Assembly: GCA_051003195.1 (NCBI GenBank)
Contig: JBPCLP010000047.1
Location: 32,001-96,000, forward strand
Length of the DNA: 64,000 nt
Source of the DNA: Candidatus Sumerlaeaceae bacterium
GTDB taxonomy: Bacteria; Sumerlaeota; Sumerlaeia; Sumerlaeales; Sumerlaeaceae
Direction of reading: 5' to 3'
Made by a program: the position numbers and the translations under genes. This document shows, piece by piece, positions 50,801 through 59,320 of this stretch (position 1 is the stretch's first letter; every line of letters begins with the position of its first letter). The notes below the pieces were generated by a model. The model was given only the letters and a program-made list of their open reading frames with translations, was not told the DNA's origin and made no database searches.

Positions 50801-53649
50801 ATTGCTATATCCACGAAATTCGTGCGGTGGGGGAGCGGCAGTACTCGTTTTTCCAGGTTGCCGCTGCCCCCATCGATCCAGTACCACGCCACCGCGTCTT
50901 TGAACTCGCTGAGGATCATCAGGCGCGCGTGATCACCGCTTTCGTAGATCGTCTTGTCGGCAATAATTTGCAGGCCCTGGTACTGCGTATACACGTCGTG
51001 CGTGTCGGGTCCCGCAACATAGAATTCGGTACCCGCGACATTGTCGCCGCCGAAGGGATCCGGCGCAATCAGCAAAAAGCGCATGCGGCCCACCTCGCCC
51101 GCGGGCACCCGCCATTGGGTTAGCAACGTGCCGCTGGCGCCGATATCCACGCGCTGCGTACTGATCGTGGTGATATCGTCTTTCTCCGCGGACGGGTTCC
51201 ACTTCAGCCTCTCGACATACAGCGTGCCGCTTGTCGCCGTTGGCTGATCATTAAGACTGTGACAGCCGAGCGTTGCCTTGGCCATGTCTCCGGGCGTGAG
51301 CAGGTAACGGTCCGTGCGAACCGAAAGACTTAGTGCTTTGCGCCCCACGATCACACTCGCACTGCCGTCAATGTTACGCCGGCTTTTATCCGTGACCGTT
51401 ACTTCAACCTGGAAATCGAACGCATCCGGGCGCCACGGGTACCACGACCCGCGACGATAAGCCTTTGCGAATGGGAAGAAGATGTTGGATGAATCGTCCT
51501 CACCTTGCGCTTGAGGTGGAATATCTGCCTGGAAGCTGACCTTGAAGGCCCCATCGGCATCCGTTGTTCCTTCACCCGTTGCCACAATGTCGCCGCTGCT
51601 GTTGTGCATGGCTCCGCGCTCCTGCGGACGTGCATCAAACCAGCCAAGGTCCTCCAGTTTTCCCCCCGTACCGCAAAACGCGCAATCCCACCATGTGGAA
51701 TAGCGGGGACGGCGCCTCACGGTGTACTTCACAGCCGCGTCGGCCACGGGCGCGCCAAAGTAATAACGCGCCGAGACGTCAGCCTGCACTTTGCCCCCAA
51801 CACGCACCACTTCCTTGCCAGCGTTCACGGTCACTTCGTACTCGGGTTTCTTGTATTCTTCGACACGGAAGTCGCCACTGCCGATGTTGGTATTACTCGC
51901 GGTCTGACGCAGATATACGCGGTATTGTCCCAGCGGCGCCGCATCGGGCAGATCAAGCTCGCCCGAAAGTGAACCAAATTCCGTCAGTTCGACCTTCTCA
52001 TGCAGCATCAAGCGTGCATTCTTTGGGTCCAGGATTTCCACGTCGTATTTGTGTTTTCGATCGAAGGAGTACTCGCCGTCTTCCCGGTCGCGAAGAATCG
52101 CGCGCCAATAGACCTTCTGCTTTGGTCGATACACCGGTCGATCCGTGTAAAAATAAACCATCGGGCCGCTGCGCTGGCTGTTCGAGTCATAGTTCCAATA
52201 ACTGTTGTCCAGGAATGCGTAATTGTTCCCCTCATGTGCGACAACAAAGAGTTCGCCGTCGGATTGCCGCGTGCTCGATCCGGTGAAATCCGCGAATCCG
52301 TTCGCGTCGCTGGTCAGGTTGGTGAACCTGGTAAACGCGCGTGTGTCGCGGTTGAACAGCCGGTGTTCATTCTTCGGCTCGCTTGCGACCTCGATCGCTG
52401 CCCCGCCCCGTGGCCGCCCCGTCTTTCCATCCACTACCCAGTACTCCTGCGCTGCTCCGCCATTGTTGGAGATAAGCACCAGGTTGCTGGACAACAGTAC
52501 ATTATGACAACTCGCACCGTTGGCTTCCGCGCGCAGCACGTACACTCCAGCTCCCGGATTGCGGAACTCAACCACAGTGGTCGTCTGCTTAAAGTCCTCA
52601 CGCTTTTTGATGCGTACGGTCTGGCTTGCGGCTGACGGACCATTGATGGTTTTGAGGTCGAATCGCGTCAGGTGCTGCGCCTTTAGCGTTCCAATCGGAT
52701 CAAATGGTATGGCGCTCAGCTTGATGTCGCCCGTGTTTCGAGCGGCGAGCGTAAAGGTAACGGGCTGATCTGGAAACACGGGTCCGATGAGATGAAACGT
52801 GATCTCGGGCCGCTTAATCTCGGCGATTGTCTGGGCCGCCTGTTTTGCCGCGTCGCTTCCCGGAAAGTTGCGCCCAACGATGCTCAACTCGTAAAGCGCT
52901 GCAACAAAGTCGAAGTGGCTTACGTAATGCTGCCCGACAATTAGCTGCGCCTGCGCCGCAGCCTCCGTTTTTGGAAATTCTTTCACCACCTGCCGCAACG
53001 CCCGCAACTGCTCTTGTTCCGCGTTTTCACCAGGCTTTACAAAATTGATGTGCTGCGCCCGACGCACATGCGCCCCGGCTATTTTTGCTTCGTCTGTGAG
53101 GGTCGAGATAAGCTTGTCGAAAAATGAAAATACATACGTCCGGTCAGGCACAGTGTATGCCGGGAGGCTGTTAAGCGCCTCGAACGCAACCTCTTCGTAA
53201 AAAGATGAAAGGTCCTCCGGTTTAAGTCGAGAGAGTATCTCGTCCGCGCGCTTGAGGTGACGCAGGGGTTCCGTTGTGGTCGGTTCACCCATCTGGTAGC
53301 CGAAAGGTGGTGCACCCGGCTGTAGTTGCCAGTGCGCACGTCCTGCCCACACGTCTGTTGCCCTGTCGCGCACTAGTTCTTTGAAGCCATCGCGCGCTTC
53401 GGGATAGCGTCCAACTTGCAGGGCACTTCGGCTGCGAAGGTAAATCGCTTCGCGCTGCTGTTCCTTTGCGAGAGTCGGCGTGCTGAGCCTGTCTATCTCT
53501 TCCAGTGCAAGCTGATAGCTCTTCTCCTGGAAAAGCCGGCGTGCAGTGGTCAGTTCACTGGAGCTCGCCCGATCGTCAACCGCAGCATGGATGCAAAAGG
53601 GGACGGCAAATAGAACACCAACCACGATAGCAGAACGCAAACAATGCAT
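47821..53649 (-). CDS. Alpha-2-macroglobulin family protein with N-terminal TPR-like region
   Basis: TDRPVYRP, VEEYKKPEY, FPDSLTTW, thioester PYGCTEQT, DGSWGWW, W.STKDT. Confidence 0.93.
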   Translation of the reverse strand: MHCLRSAIVVGVLFAVPFCIHAAVDDRASSSELTTARRLFQEKSYQLALEEIDRLSTPTLAKEQQREAIYLRSRSALQVGRYPEARDGFKELVRDRATDVWAGRAHWQLQPGAPPFGYQMGEPTTTEPLRHLKRADEILSRLKPEDLSSFYEEVAFEALNSLPAYTVPDRTYVFSFFDKLISTLTDEAKIAGAHVRRAQHINFVKPGENAEQEQLRALRQVVKEFPKTEAAAQAQLIVGQHYVSHFDFVAALYELSIVGRNFPGSDAAKQAAQTIAEIKRPEITFHLIGPVFPDQPVTFTLAARNTGDIKLSAIPFDPIGTLKAQHLTRFDLKTINGPSAASQTVRIKKREDFKQTTTVVEFRNPGAGVYVLRAEANGASCHNVLLSSNLVLISNNGGAAQEYWVVDGKTGRPRGGAAIEVASEPKNEHRLFNRDTRAFTRFTNLTSDANGFADFTGSSTRQSDGELFVVAHEGNNYAFLDNSYWNYDSNSQRSGPMVYFYTDRPVYRPKQKVYWRAILRDREDGEYSFDRKHKYDVEILDPKNARLMLHEKVELTEFGSLSGELDLPDAAPLGQYRVYLRQTASNTNIGSGDFRVEEYKKPEYEVTVNAGKEVVRVGGKVQADVSARYYFGAPVADAAVKYTVRRRPRYSTWWDCAFCGTGGKLEDLGWFDARPQERGAMHNSSGDIVATGEGTTDADGAFKVSFQADIPPQAQGEDDSSNIFFPFAKAYRRGSWYPWRPDAFDFQVEVTVTDKSRRNIDGSASVIVGRKALSLSVRTDRYLLTPGDMAKATLGCHSLNDQPTATSGTLYVERLKWNPSAEKDDITTISTQRVDIGASGTLLTQWRVPAGEVGRMRFLLIAPDPFGGDNVAGTEFYVAGPDTHDVYTQYQGLQIIADKTIYESGDHARLMILSEFKDAVAWYWIDGGSGNLEKRVLPLPHRTNFVDIAITDAFAPNTQVHVVAVQNQKVIEDGLELIVPPKKRVLNVSVSGDKPDYRPGEEGDFEIVASDNLGQPVRGEFSISLFDSSILYIAPEMRVDIRRVFYGERRQLRSEIRNSMPAPAGYFETIPPDLGRFLQNEESVQVRGDRWAFSEDSEGRLAGSHRLGFAPKATLRYFSEAPAAVGPMSLGVNAVAATGLAGKDMRLELSDLKEDDSLDLFAKQKKDAPTAEAKVRTDFRDSMFWSPAIVTDEHGRAKVRVKFPDSLTTWKCAAVGTTEDTRVGNATTDTVVRKNLLARLEAPRFFRERDQVTLSAVVHNYLPEAQDVQVSLATGEQLRPGNEGATTESAGARTIRIESNGEARVDWNFDVVKPGETSVTLLALTSAESDAVEMSFPVLQHGIDKFVAWNGTTADESTTEVSVELKDEKTLITRSIELPKERITATTKLTISVNPSLAFAIRDALPYMIEYPYGCTEQTMSRFMPAAVAQHAFRELRLPPDPVSAEKLSPVIEAGLQRLRDFQHADGSWGWWRDDGANSYMSSYVMYGLTIVRQSDVKVDEGMYSRGLQQLHQLVQDQLKNQQNRKNNLIYWWPYDLHTLMFSEFVLALNQQSEPEALDFLCKNRDKLTAHGLALLARALWHTNRQEDARTVLRNMYNVAVITPENDTARWGKLHGGWYWWEEAVEATAMGLIAHLEIDPQNKLVEQSMKWLVLNRQGRKWKSTKDTAQSVLALSTYMLQRKEVVSTMDVRVWLVDDSTSGALTAPELKRFTVSPQNFWSFDGSVVLRGSEIPESASGKLRLQIEKTGTATAFYSVFAEYFTLEEHIRKAGNEIYVERTYEKLVRDPQSSATREAVAAPKDEEDVVVTPAPDGTVVAKDRYVPVHDGESLKSGDELRVTLRIKSLNDYEYLVFEDPKPAGMEPVQLQSGSTYGGGLCANMELRDQHVAFFITHLAQGEHNISYNVRAEIPGTFHTMPTTGYAMYFPPLRSNSDELILKVVDK

Positions 53650-53767
53650 CAAGACCCTCCGGCGGAAGCATTCAATTTTCCACTAAACGACCGAACTGGC
53701 TGGAGCGCGGTTTGGTGACTCTGCGAATTCAACCCGATTAAATTCTCGGGGGCCAGTCACCTGACGG

Positions 53768-54634
53768 TCAGGCAGTCCCGTCCAGCTTGCGGCGAATGCC
53801 GGCCTGGAACGAAACCGGGTGAAAGTCCAGGTCGCGCTTCGCCTCCGAGATATCGAACACCTTGTCTTCCTGCAGCCGCTCGATCTGGTCGGGTCGGAGG
53901 CGCGGCGAATTGCTCAGTTTCCCATACAGCTTCACTGCCGTGCGCGCCAGGCCAATGGGCACCGGCACCAGGATACGGCGCAGCCCCGCTTCCCTTAGGA
54001 TAGTTCGCACCATTTCCGCATAGGTAATTGGCTCCGGCCCGGCAATTGTGTATTCTTTGCCAATCGCGTGCGGACGATCCAGCGCGGCAAGGATTGCCTC
54101 CACGACGTCCCACGTGAAAATTGGCTGCCACTTCATTTTACCACCGGCCACCAGTGGATGCACCGGCCACCGACGCAGACTTGCCAGCAGATGCTGCAGG
54201 TTATTGTCCTGCTTGCCTCCGTAAATCATGCTCGCACGCAGGATCGTGTAGTCTAATCGCGACGTCCTGACCGCCTCCTCGCCGGCAATGACCTGATGTG
54301 CAGTTTCTTCCGGGAAGTTGGTGAACCGCCGCGTCGACGACATGAAAATACCGCGCTTGATATCATTCGCGTGCATTGCTGCGATCACTTGCGGCGCCAG
54401 TCGGATGTGTGTGAGTGCGATTACCGCACGGCATCCGGAAGCTGCCTCGACCGCACGCTGTGGATCCTCAAGGCTTCCCCTGAAAATCTCCACCTTGCGA
54501 CGCAGTGGCAGTTGAAGCCCCGCGGGAGCTCGAGTGAAAACTCGCAACGCCTCGTCTCGCTCGACCAGCGCTTCCACCAGTCGTCGACCGGTATGCCCCG
54601 TGCCCCCTGTAATTAAAATCGGCGAATTGTGCAG
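53768..54634 (-). CDS. NAD-dependent epimerase/dehydratase (atypical SDR)
   Basis: ILITGGTGHTG lies upstream of the GTG at 54577, so the start is extended to CTG 54634 (GGAG upstream). Confidence 0.85.
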   Translation of the reverse strand: MHNSPILITGGTGHTGRRLVEALVERDEALRVFTRAPAGLQLPLRRKVEIFRGSLEDPQRAVEAASGCRAVIALTHIRLAPQVIAAMHANDIKRGIFMSSTRRFTNFPEETAHQVIAGEEAVRTSRLDYTILRASMIYGGKQDNNLQHLLASLRRWPVHPLVAGGKMKWQPIFTWDVVEAILAALDRPHAIGKEYTIAGPEPITYAEMVRTILREAGLRRILVPVPIGLARTAVKLYGKLSNSPRLRPDQIERLQEDKVFDISEAKRDLDFHPVSFQAGIRRKLDGTA

Positions 54635-54639
54635 GTGGG

Positions 54640-55272
54640 CTACTCCACCAGCTTATGCTCAAGGGCGTAGCGAATCATTTCTGCCGTGGTCGACAGGTGG
54701 AGCTTTTCCAGAATCCGGGTGCGGTAAGTGCTGACCGTTTTGACACTCAGCGACATTTCGTCGGCTATCTGAGACATGGATTTACCGCCGGCGACAGCTC
54801 TAAGAACTTCGTATTCCCTGTTCGAAAGCGACTCGTGCGGCGCATGAACAACCTCGCCACCTACATCCGCTGCGAGTAATTCGGCCAGCGTGGGTGTGAT
54901 ATAACGCCGCCCTGAAACAACTTTTTGCAAAGCCGTGATCAGTTCATCCGGATCGCTGTCTTTTGGAATGTATCCCGCCGCGCCGCCTCGCAACGCGCGC
55001 AGTGCGTACTCGTTTTCCGCATGGATACTGCAGATAAGCACCGGCAGATCCGGGCGTTCGATCTTAATATCGGCAAGAGCTTCCAGGCCACTGCGACCCG
55101 GCATCGTGATATCCATCAGCACCACATCGGGTTTAACCTTGCGCACCTGCTCGAGCGCCTGCGCCGCGTTGCCTGCCTCCGCGGTCACTTCCATATCGGT
55201 ACTATCGGATATGATTTCCCGCAGGCCACGGCGCATGGCCGGGTGATCGTCGACAATCAAGACGCGGATCAT
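54640..55272 (-). CDS. NarL/FixJ-family response regulator
   Basis: REC domain plus LuxR HTH LSNREYEVL..SVKTVSTYR. Confidence 0.95.
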   Translation of the reverse strand: MIRVLIVDDHPAMRRGLREIISDSTDMEVTAEAGNAAQALEQVRKVKPDVVLMDITMPGRSGLEALADIKIERPDLPVLICSIHAENEYALRALRGGAAGYIPKDSDPDELITALQKVVSGRRYITPTLAELLAADVGGEVVHAPHESLSNREYEVLRAVAGGKSMSQIADEMSLSVKTVSTYRTRILEKLHLSTTAEMIRYALEHKLVE

Positions 55273-56936
55273 GGCCGTTCACCGGAGTTCGAAGCAGGAG
55301 CGGCCAGCGGAAACCGGGCGTCGACGACCGTGCCATTAAGCTCAACTCCCGGGGTAGGCGTCATCTCCGGATCAAGCGAGGTAACCTTAAGGTCTCCACC
55401 CAACAGCCGGGCGCGCTCCCTCATGCCCAGAATGCCGAGCGTATGGGTGCTGTTGGATTTTGTCGTTTCGAATCCGGTGCCGTTATCCCGTACGCAGATC
55501 GTTGCGAAGCCATCCTGCTCCAAGAGGTTAACGTTCACGCGGGTGGCGTTCGCGTGCTTAGCGACATTCGTCAAGCTTTCCTGTACGATGCGGAAAATCG
55601 CGGTGCTGGTGTCGGCCGGCACCTCCAGCCGCTCCACGTTCGACGAAAAGGTTGTTTCAACTCCGGTGCGTTCCTGGAACTGCCTCGCCTGCCATTGCAG
55701 TGCTGCAACCAGTCCGAGTTCGTCCAGCATCCCCGGGCGCAAATCGCTCGCGATGCGACGAACTGCCTGCACTGCGTCATCGGCAAGGTTCCATAGCCGG
55801 TCGAAGCGCCCGATAAGCTCCGGCGGGCAGCCCGTACTCTCCAGCAGCCTCTTGCGCAGGTTTTTAATTCCAATCTTCAGTCCGGTGAGTTGTTGTCCCA
55901 GCTCGTCATGGATTTCCCGCGAGAGCCGGGCGCGCTCCTCTTCCCGGCTGCTTTCGATACGTGCTGACAACGCGCGTAATTGTTCACGAGATGCCCGCAA
56001 CTCTGATATGGCGGTGCGTCGCTCGGCCACTGCAGCCGCAAGAAACAGCCCGCTTACGCCAATCGCCAGCAGGTACACCTGCAGCAGGACAAGGCCCTCA
56101 CCTAGCGAACGATGCGCAAAGGGACCAAACCCGTGCGATGTGCCATAAATAGCGATCGCGGCAATAAGGAAGGTAGAGGTTGCCGAACCACGAGGCCCGA
56201 ATCGCAGCGCCGCCCAGATTACGAACGGGAATGGCGCAAAGCTGCCGGGATAGCTGAGATTAACGATCGCAGACTGCCCTGTGAACAGCGCCTGGCATAC
56301 CAGTACAATTATCGAAACAAGTAGAACCAACTCAAGGACGCGACGGCGCCGCCATATCGTTGTAGAACGGCGGCTCCACGTCATGATAACAGGCGCGACG
56401 ATCAGGTGGCTGATCGCGTGCCCAAACACCCGGCGCCACCACAATCCTCCGGCGTCCGGTGCAAGGCCCGGCTGCAATGCAATCATGAGCGGAACACTAC
56501 AGGAAGCATTTAGTATCGGCGCCAGGATGCCGGCGCAAAAAACAAACCCGTAGACATCGCGAACACTGGCAAACGTTCGATCCAGCTTGCCGGCTTTCAG
56601 AAACGCCCACGCACCCACCCACGCACTCAGCGTGTTGCACGCCCCAAGTGTTAGAACAGTGCTCCAATATATTTCCGGCAATTTGCCAGGCTGGTTGCCG
56701 GCGATGAACCCCGGAAAATAGCGGGCCGACACAGTGACCGCAAGCGATCCTAGAAACACGCCTGGCCAGTAACGCAGGCCAAGCACTATGAGCCCGGCAA
56801 ACGCGACACCGGCCTGTGGCCAGAGTACGCGAAAGTTCTCTTGAACAAAATCGATTTTGCGGCCGAGAATCCCGGCTGCAGCGTAAAGCGCTGCGAATAG
56901 AATCACGCGGATAATGACCAGAACTGCCAGCGACAT
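55269..56936 (-). CDS. MASE1-domain sensor histidine kinase (HisKA_3)
   Basis: LWPQAG..WAALRFG; REIHDELGQ; ESLTNVAKHA; DNGTGF; GILGMRER. Confidence 0.93.
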   Translation of the reverse strand: MSLAVLVIIRVILFAALYAAAGILGRKIDFVQENFRVLWPQAGVAFAGLIVLGLRYWPGVFLGSLAVTVSARYFPGFIAGNQPGKLPEIYWSTVLTLGACNTLSAWVGAWAFLKAGKLDRTFASVRDVYGFVFCAGILAPILNASCSVPLMIALQPGLAPDAGGLWWRRVFGHAISHLIVAPVIMTWSRRSTTIWRRRRVLELVLLVSIIVLVCQALFTGQSAIVNLSYPGSFAPFPFVIWAALRFGPRGSATSTFLIAAIAIYGTSHGFGPFAHRSLGEGLVLLQVYLLAIGVSGLFLAAAVAERRTAISELRASREQLRALSARIESSREEERARLSREIHDELGQQLTGLKIGIKNLRKRLLESTGCPPELIGRFDRLWNLADDAVQAVRRIASDLRPGMLDELGLVAALQWQARQFQERTGVETTFSSNVERLEVPADTSTAIFRIVQESLTNVAKHANATRVNVNLLEQDGFATICVRDNGTGFETTKSNSTHTLGILGMRERARLLGGDLKVTSLDPEMTPTPGVELNGTVVDARFPLAAPASNSGERP

Positions 56937-57027
56937 ATCGGTTCTATTTCTCAGTAGATGGACGCTTGCAATGCTGGATGTGATACTGACTATCCGCTGC
57001 TTCTAATCAAGTCGGGAGGCGCACAGA

Positions 57028-57363
57028 GTGGCAGCTGAGACGAAGAGCCTGCATATTGAAGATCTAAATCACCCCCGACAATTGGCACGCCGTGTCATGC
57101 GCAGGCAACTGTGGCTGAGCATCCGTATCGCTGCAGTATTTCTGGTGCTGCTGCTGGGCCTGCCTCTGGTGAACGCATACCTGCCAAAGCTTGCCGGTTC
57201 GCGAGTACTCGGATTCACTGCTTCGTGGCTCTTCCTCGCGCTGCTCTTTTATCCGATCACGTGGTTCCTCAGCTGGTTGTTTATCCGAAATTCGAACCGG
57301 ATCGAGCATGAAATCGCAACTGAGATGCTGCGCGAAACCGCTGCGGAAGGGAAGCAGCCGTGA
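57028..57363 (+). CDS. DUF485 small membrane protein
   Basis: Two TM helices; GTGA overlap with the symporter gene. Confidence 0.8.
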   Translation: MAAETKSLHIEDLNHPRQLARRVMRRQLWLSIRIAAVFLVLLLGLPLVNAYLPKLAGSRVLGFTASWLFLALLFYPITWFLSWLFIRNSNRIEHEIATEMLRETAAEGKQP

Positions 57364-59294
57364 TCCAATACATCCCTCTGTTTTTCGTCATCCTGATCGT
57401 CGTTGCGACCATCGCGCTCGGCATCTGGGCGACACGCATGTCGAAGACCGCCAGCGATTTCTTCGTCGCCGGTCGCTCCGTAAACGTGTTCTGGAATTCA
57501 TCGGCAATTTCTGGGGAGTACTTGTCTGCTGCCTCTTTTATGGGCGTTGCCGGGCTCATCATGAAGTTCGGTTACGATGCGCTCTGGTACCCGGTATGCT
57601 TCGCTGCGGGTTACCTGTTTCTGCTGCTGTTTATCGCCGGGCCACTCCGTCGATTTGGCGCATATACGATCCCGGATTTTGCCGAGGGGCGTTTTGACAG
57701 CCCCATGTTTCGTAAAGTCGCAGTTACCTTCGTGCTGTTTATCGGCTTTTTCTATACGATGCCGCAAATGAAGGGCGCCGGCATTACCATGCAGCAGATA
57801 CTTAACTGGCCCTACTGGGCTGGAATCGTGGCCGTTGGTGCCATTATCACATTCAACGTGGCGCTTGGCGGTATGAAAGGGATTACGTTCGTTCAGGCAT
57901 TCCAGTACTGGGCCAAAATGTTCGCTATCTCAGTCCCGGTTTTCGTGCTGATGTCGGTCCTTGGGGGATACCATACCGCGTTGGATCGCAATGTGCGCGC
58001 AAAGGACGAGGTTCCCCAGATGACCGGGCCTGTCACAGTCGCAGGTCCCGAGAAAGCGCCTGCCAACACCCTGGCCTTTTATGGCCCGTCCACCTTCACA
58101 TTATCGGAAGCATCCGCGCTGAAATTTAACCAGCCGATTGTCATCAATAACCGCGACGGTGTGCAGACAATCCGGATCGGTAATGAAAAATTTATTGGTG
58201 AACATCGCGGGGCGAGCGAAGTTGTGCAGCTGCCAGCCGGGACGCGTATCGATCTGAGTGCCACCGATGACGCAAACGTCAAATGGACGAAGAGTCCCTT
58301 CCCCATCAAATGCGAGTTTCAGCGCGCGACCAGACTAAATGTCGAATCCGGCGCGATACCGAACGCGCCACGAAACGGAGCATGGCTGAGCGCTTATGGT
58401 CCCTTTACGAATAAAAGCGGCTATCCGTTACTCTATACCTACTCGCTGATCATAGGGCTTATATGCGGAACCGCCGGCCTGCCGCATATTCTCGTACGAT
58501 TCTATACGAATCCCGATGGCAGATCGGCCAAGCGCACCACGCTGTGGGTCATGGTGCTCATCGGCGTTTTCTATATGTTTCCGCCAATTTGGGGAGCGCT
58601 TGGGCGCATCGCCATGCCAAATCTTTATCTCACTCCCACAGGAACCGACCGCGTCGTTATTGCTCTTCCCGGCGTGCTTCAGAGCGAACTCTGGGGTAAG
58701 ATCTGGAGTGGTATCACCAGCGCTGGCGCGTTCGCTGCATTTATGTCTACGTTCTCGGGCCTCCTCGTCAGCATGAGCGGCGCACTTGCGCACGACATCT
58801 ACGGGCGCATGCTCAAGCCCGACGCAACGCCGCAGCAGCGCGTCACAGCATTCAAGTTCGCCGCCGTACTGTTCGGCGCGATTTCCATTGGTCTTGGAAT
58901 CACCGTGGAAACGTTCGATATTTCGAAATTGGTTGGATGGGCGTTTGCCATCGCTGCCGCCAGCTACTTCCCGTTGCTCCTGATGGGAAGCTGGTGGCGA
59001 GGGCTCACGAAGTTCGGCGCCGGCTCCGGGATGCTCATCGGTGGACTGCTAAGCCTCGGTGCAATCGTAACAACCATGTTGATCGATACAAAAGTGATTA
59101 CACTCGCTCTTCATCCCCTCGCCCGGACATTGATGGAACAGCCCGCAATCTGGGGAGTGCCGCTGGCCATCATCCTGATGGTCGTAGTCAGTAAGATGAC
59201 GGCCGCTGCTATACCTGCCGACGTGGACGTAAAAATGCTACGGCTGCATGCACCCGAAGAAACAGGTTTCTCAAAGAATTATATCGAACACTAG
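57360..59294 (+). CDS. actP: Cation/acetate symporter (SSS family, ActP-like)
   Basis: AISGEYLSAASF, YTIPDF, GGMKGIT.VQ, GTAGLPHILVRFYT. Confidence 0.85.
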   Translation: MIQYIPLFFVILIVVATIALGIWATRMSKTASDFFVAGRSVNVFWNSSAISGEYLSAASFMGVAGLIMKFGYDALWYPVCFAAGYLFLLLFIAGPLRRFGAYTIPDFAEGRFDSPMFRKVAVTFVLFIGFFYTMPQMKGAGITMQQILNWPYWAGIVAVGAIITFNVALGGMKGITFVQAFQYWAKMFAISVPVFVLMSVLGGYHTALDRNVRAKDEVPQMTGPVTVAGPEKAPANTLAFYGPSTFTLSEASALKFNQPIVINNRDGVQTIRIGNEKFIGEHRGASEVVQLPAGTRIDLSATDDANVKWTKSPFPIKCEFQRATRLNVESGAIPNAPRNGAWLSAYGPFTNKSGYPLLYTYSLIIGLICGTAGLPHILVRFYTNPDGRSAKRTTLWVMVLIGVFYMFPPIWGALGRIAMPNLYLTPTGTDRVVIALPGVLQSELWGKIWSGITSAGAFAAFMSTFSGLLVSMSGALAHDIYGRMLKPDATPQQRVTAFKFAAVLFGAISIGLGITVETFDISKLVGWAFAIAAASYFPLLLMGSWWRGLTKFGAGSGMLIGGLLSLGAIVTTMLIDTKVITLALHPLARTLMEQPAIWGVPLAIILMVVVSKMTAAAIPADVDVKMLRLHAPEETGFSKNYIEH

Positions 59295-59320
59295 CCGACG
59301 GCAGTCACACCCGCAATCAC

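Noticed and set aside
54925..56148. Long antisense ORFs (also 60001..61005, 61115..62194, 34938..35723, 11890..12597)
   Set aside because: Shadow frames of well-supported genes in GC-rich DNA, with no motifs.
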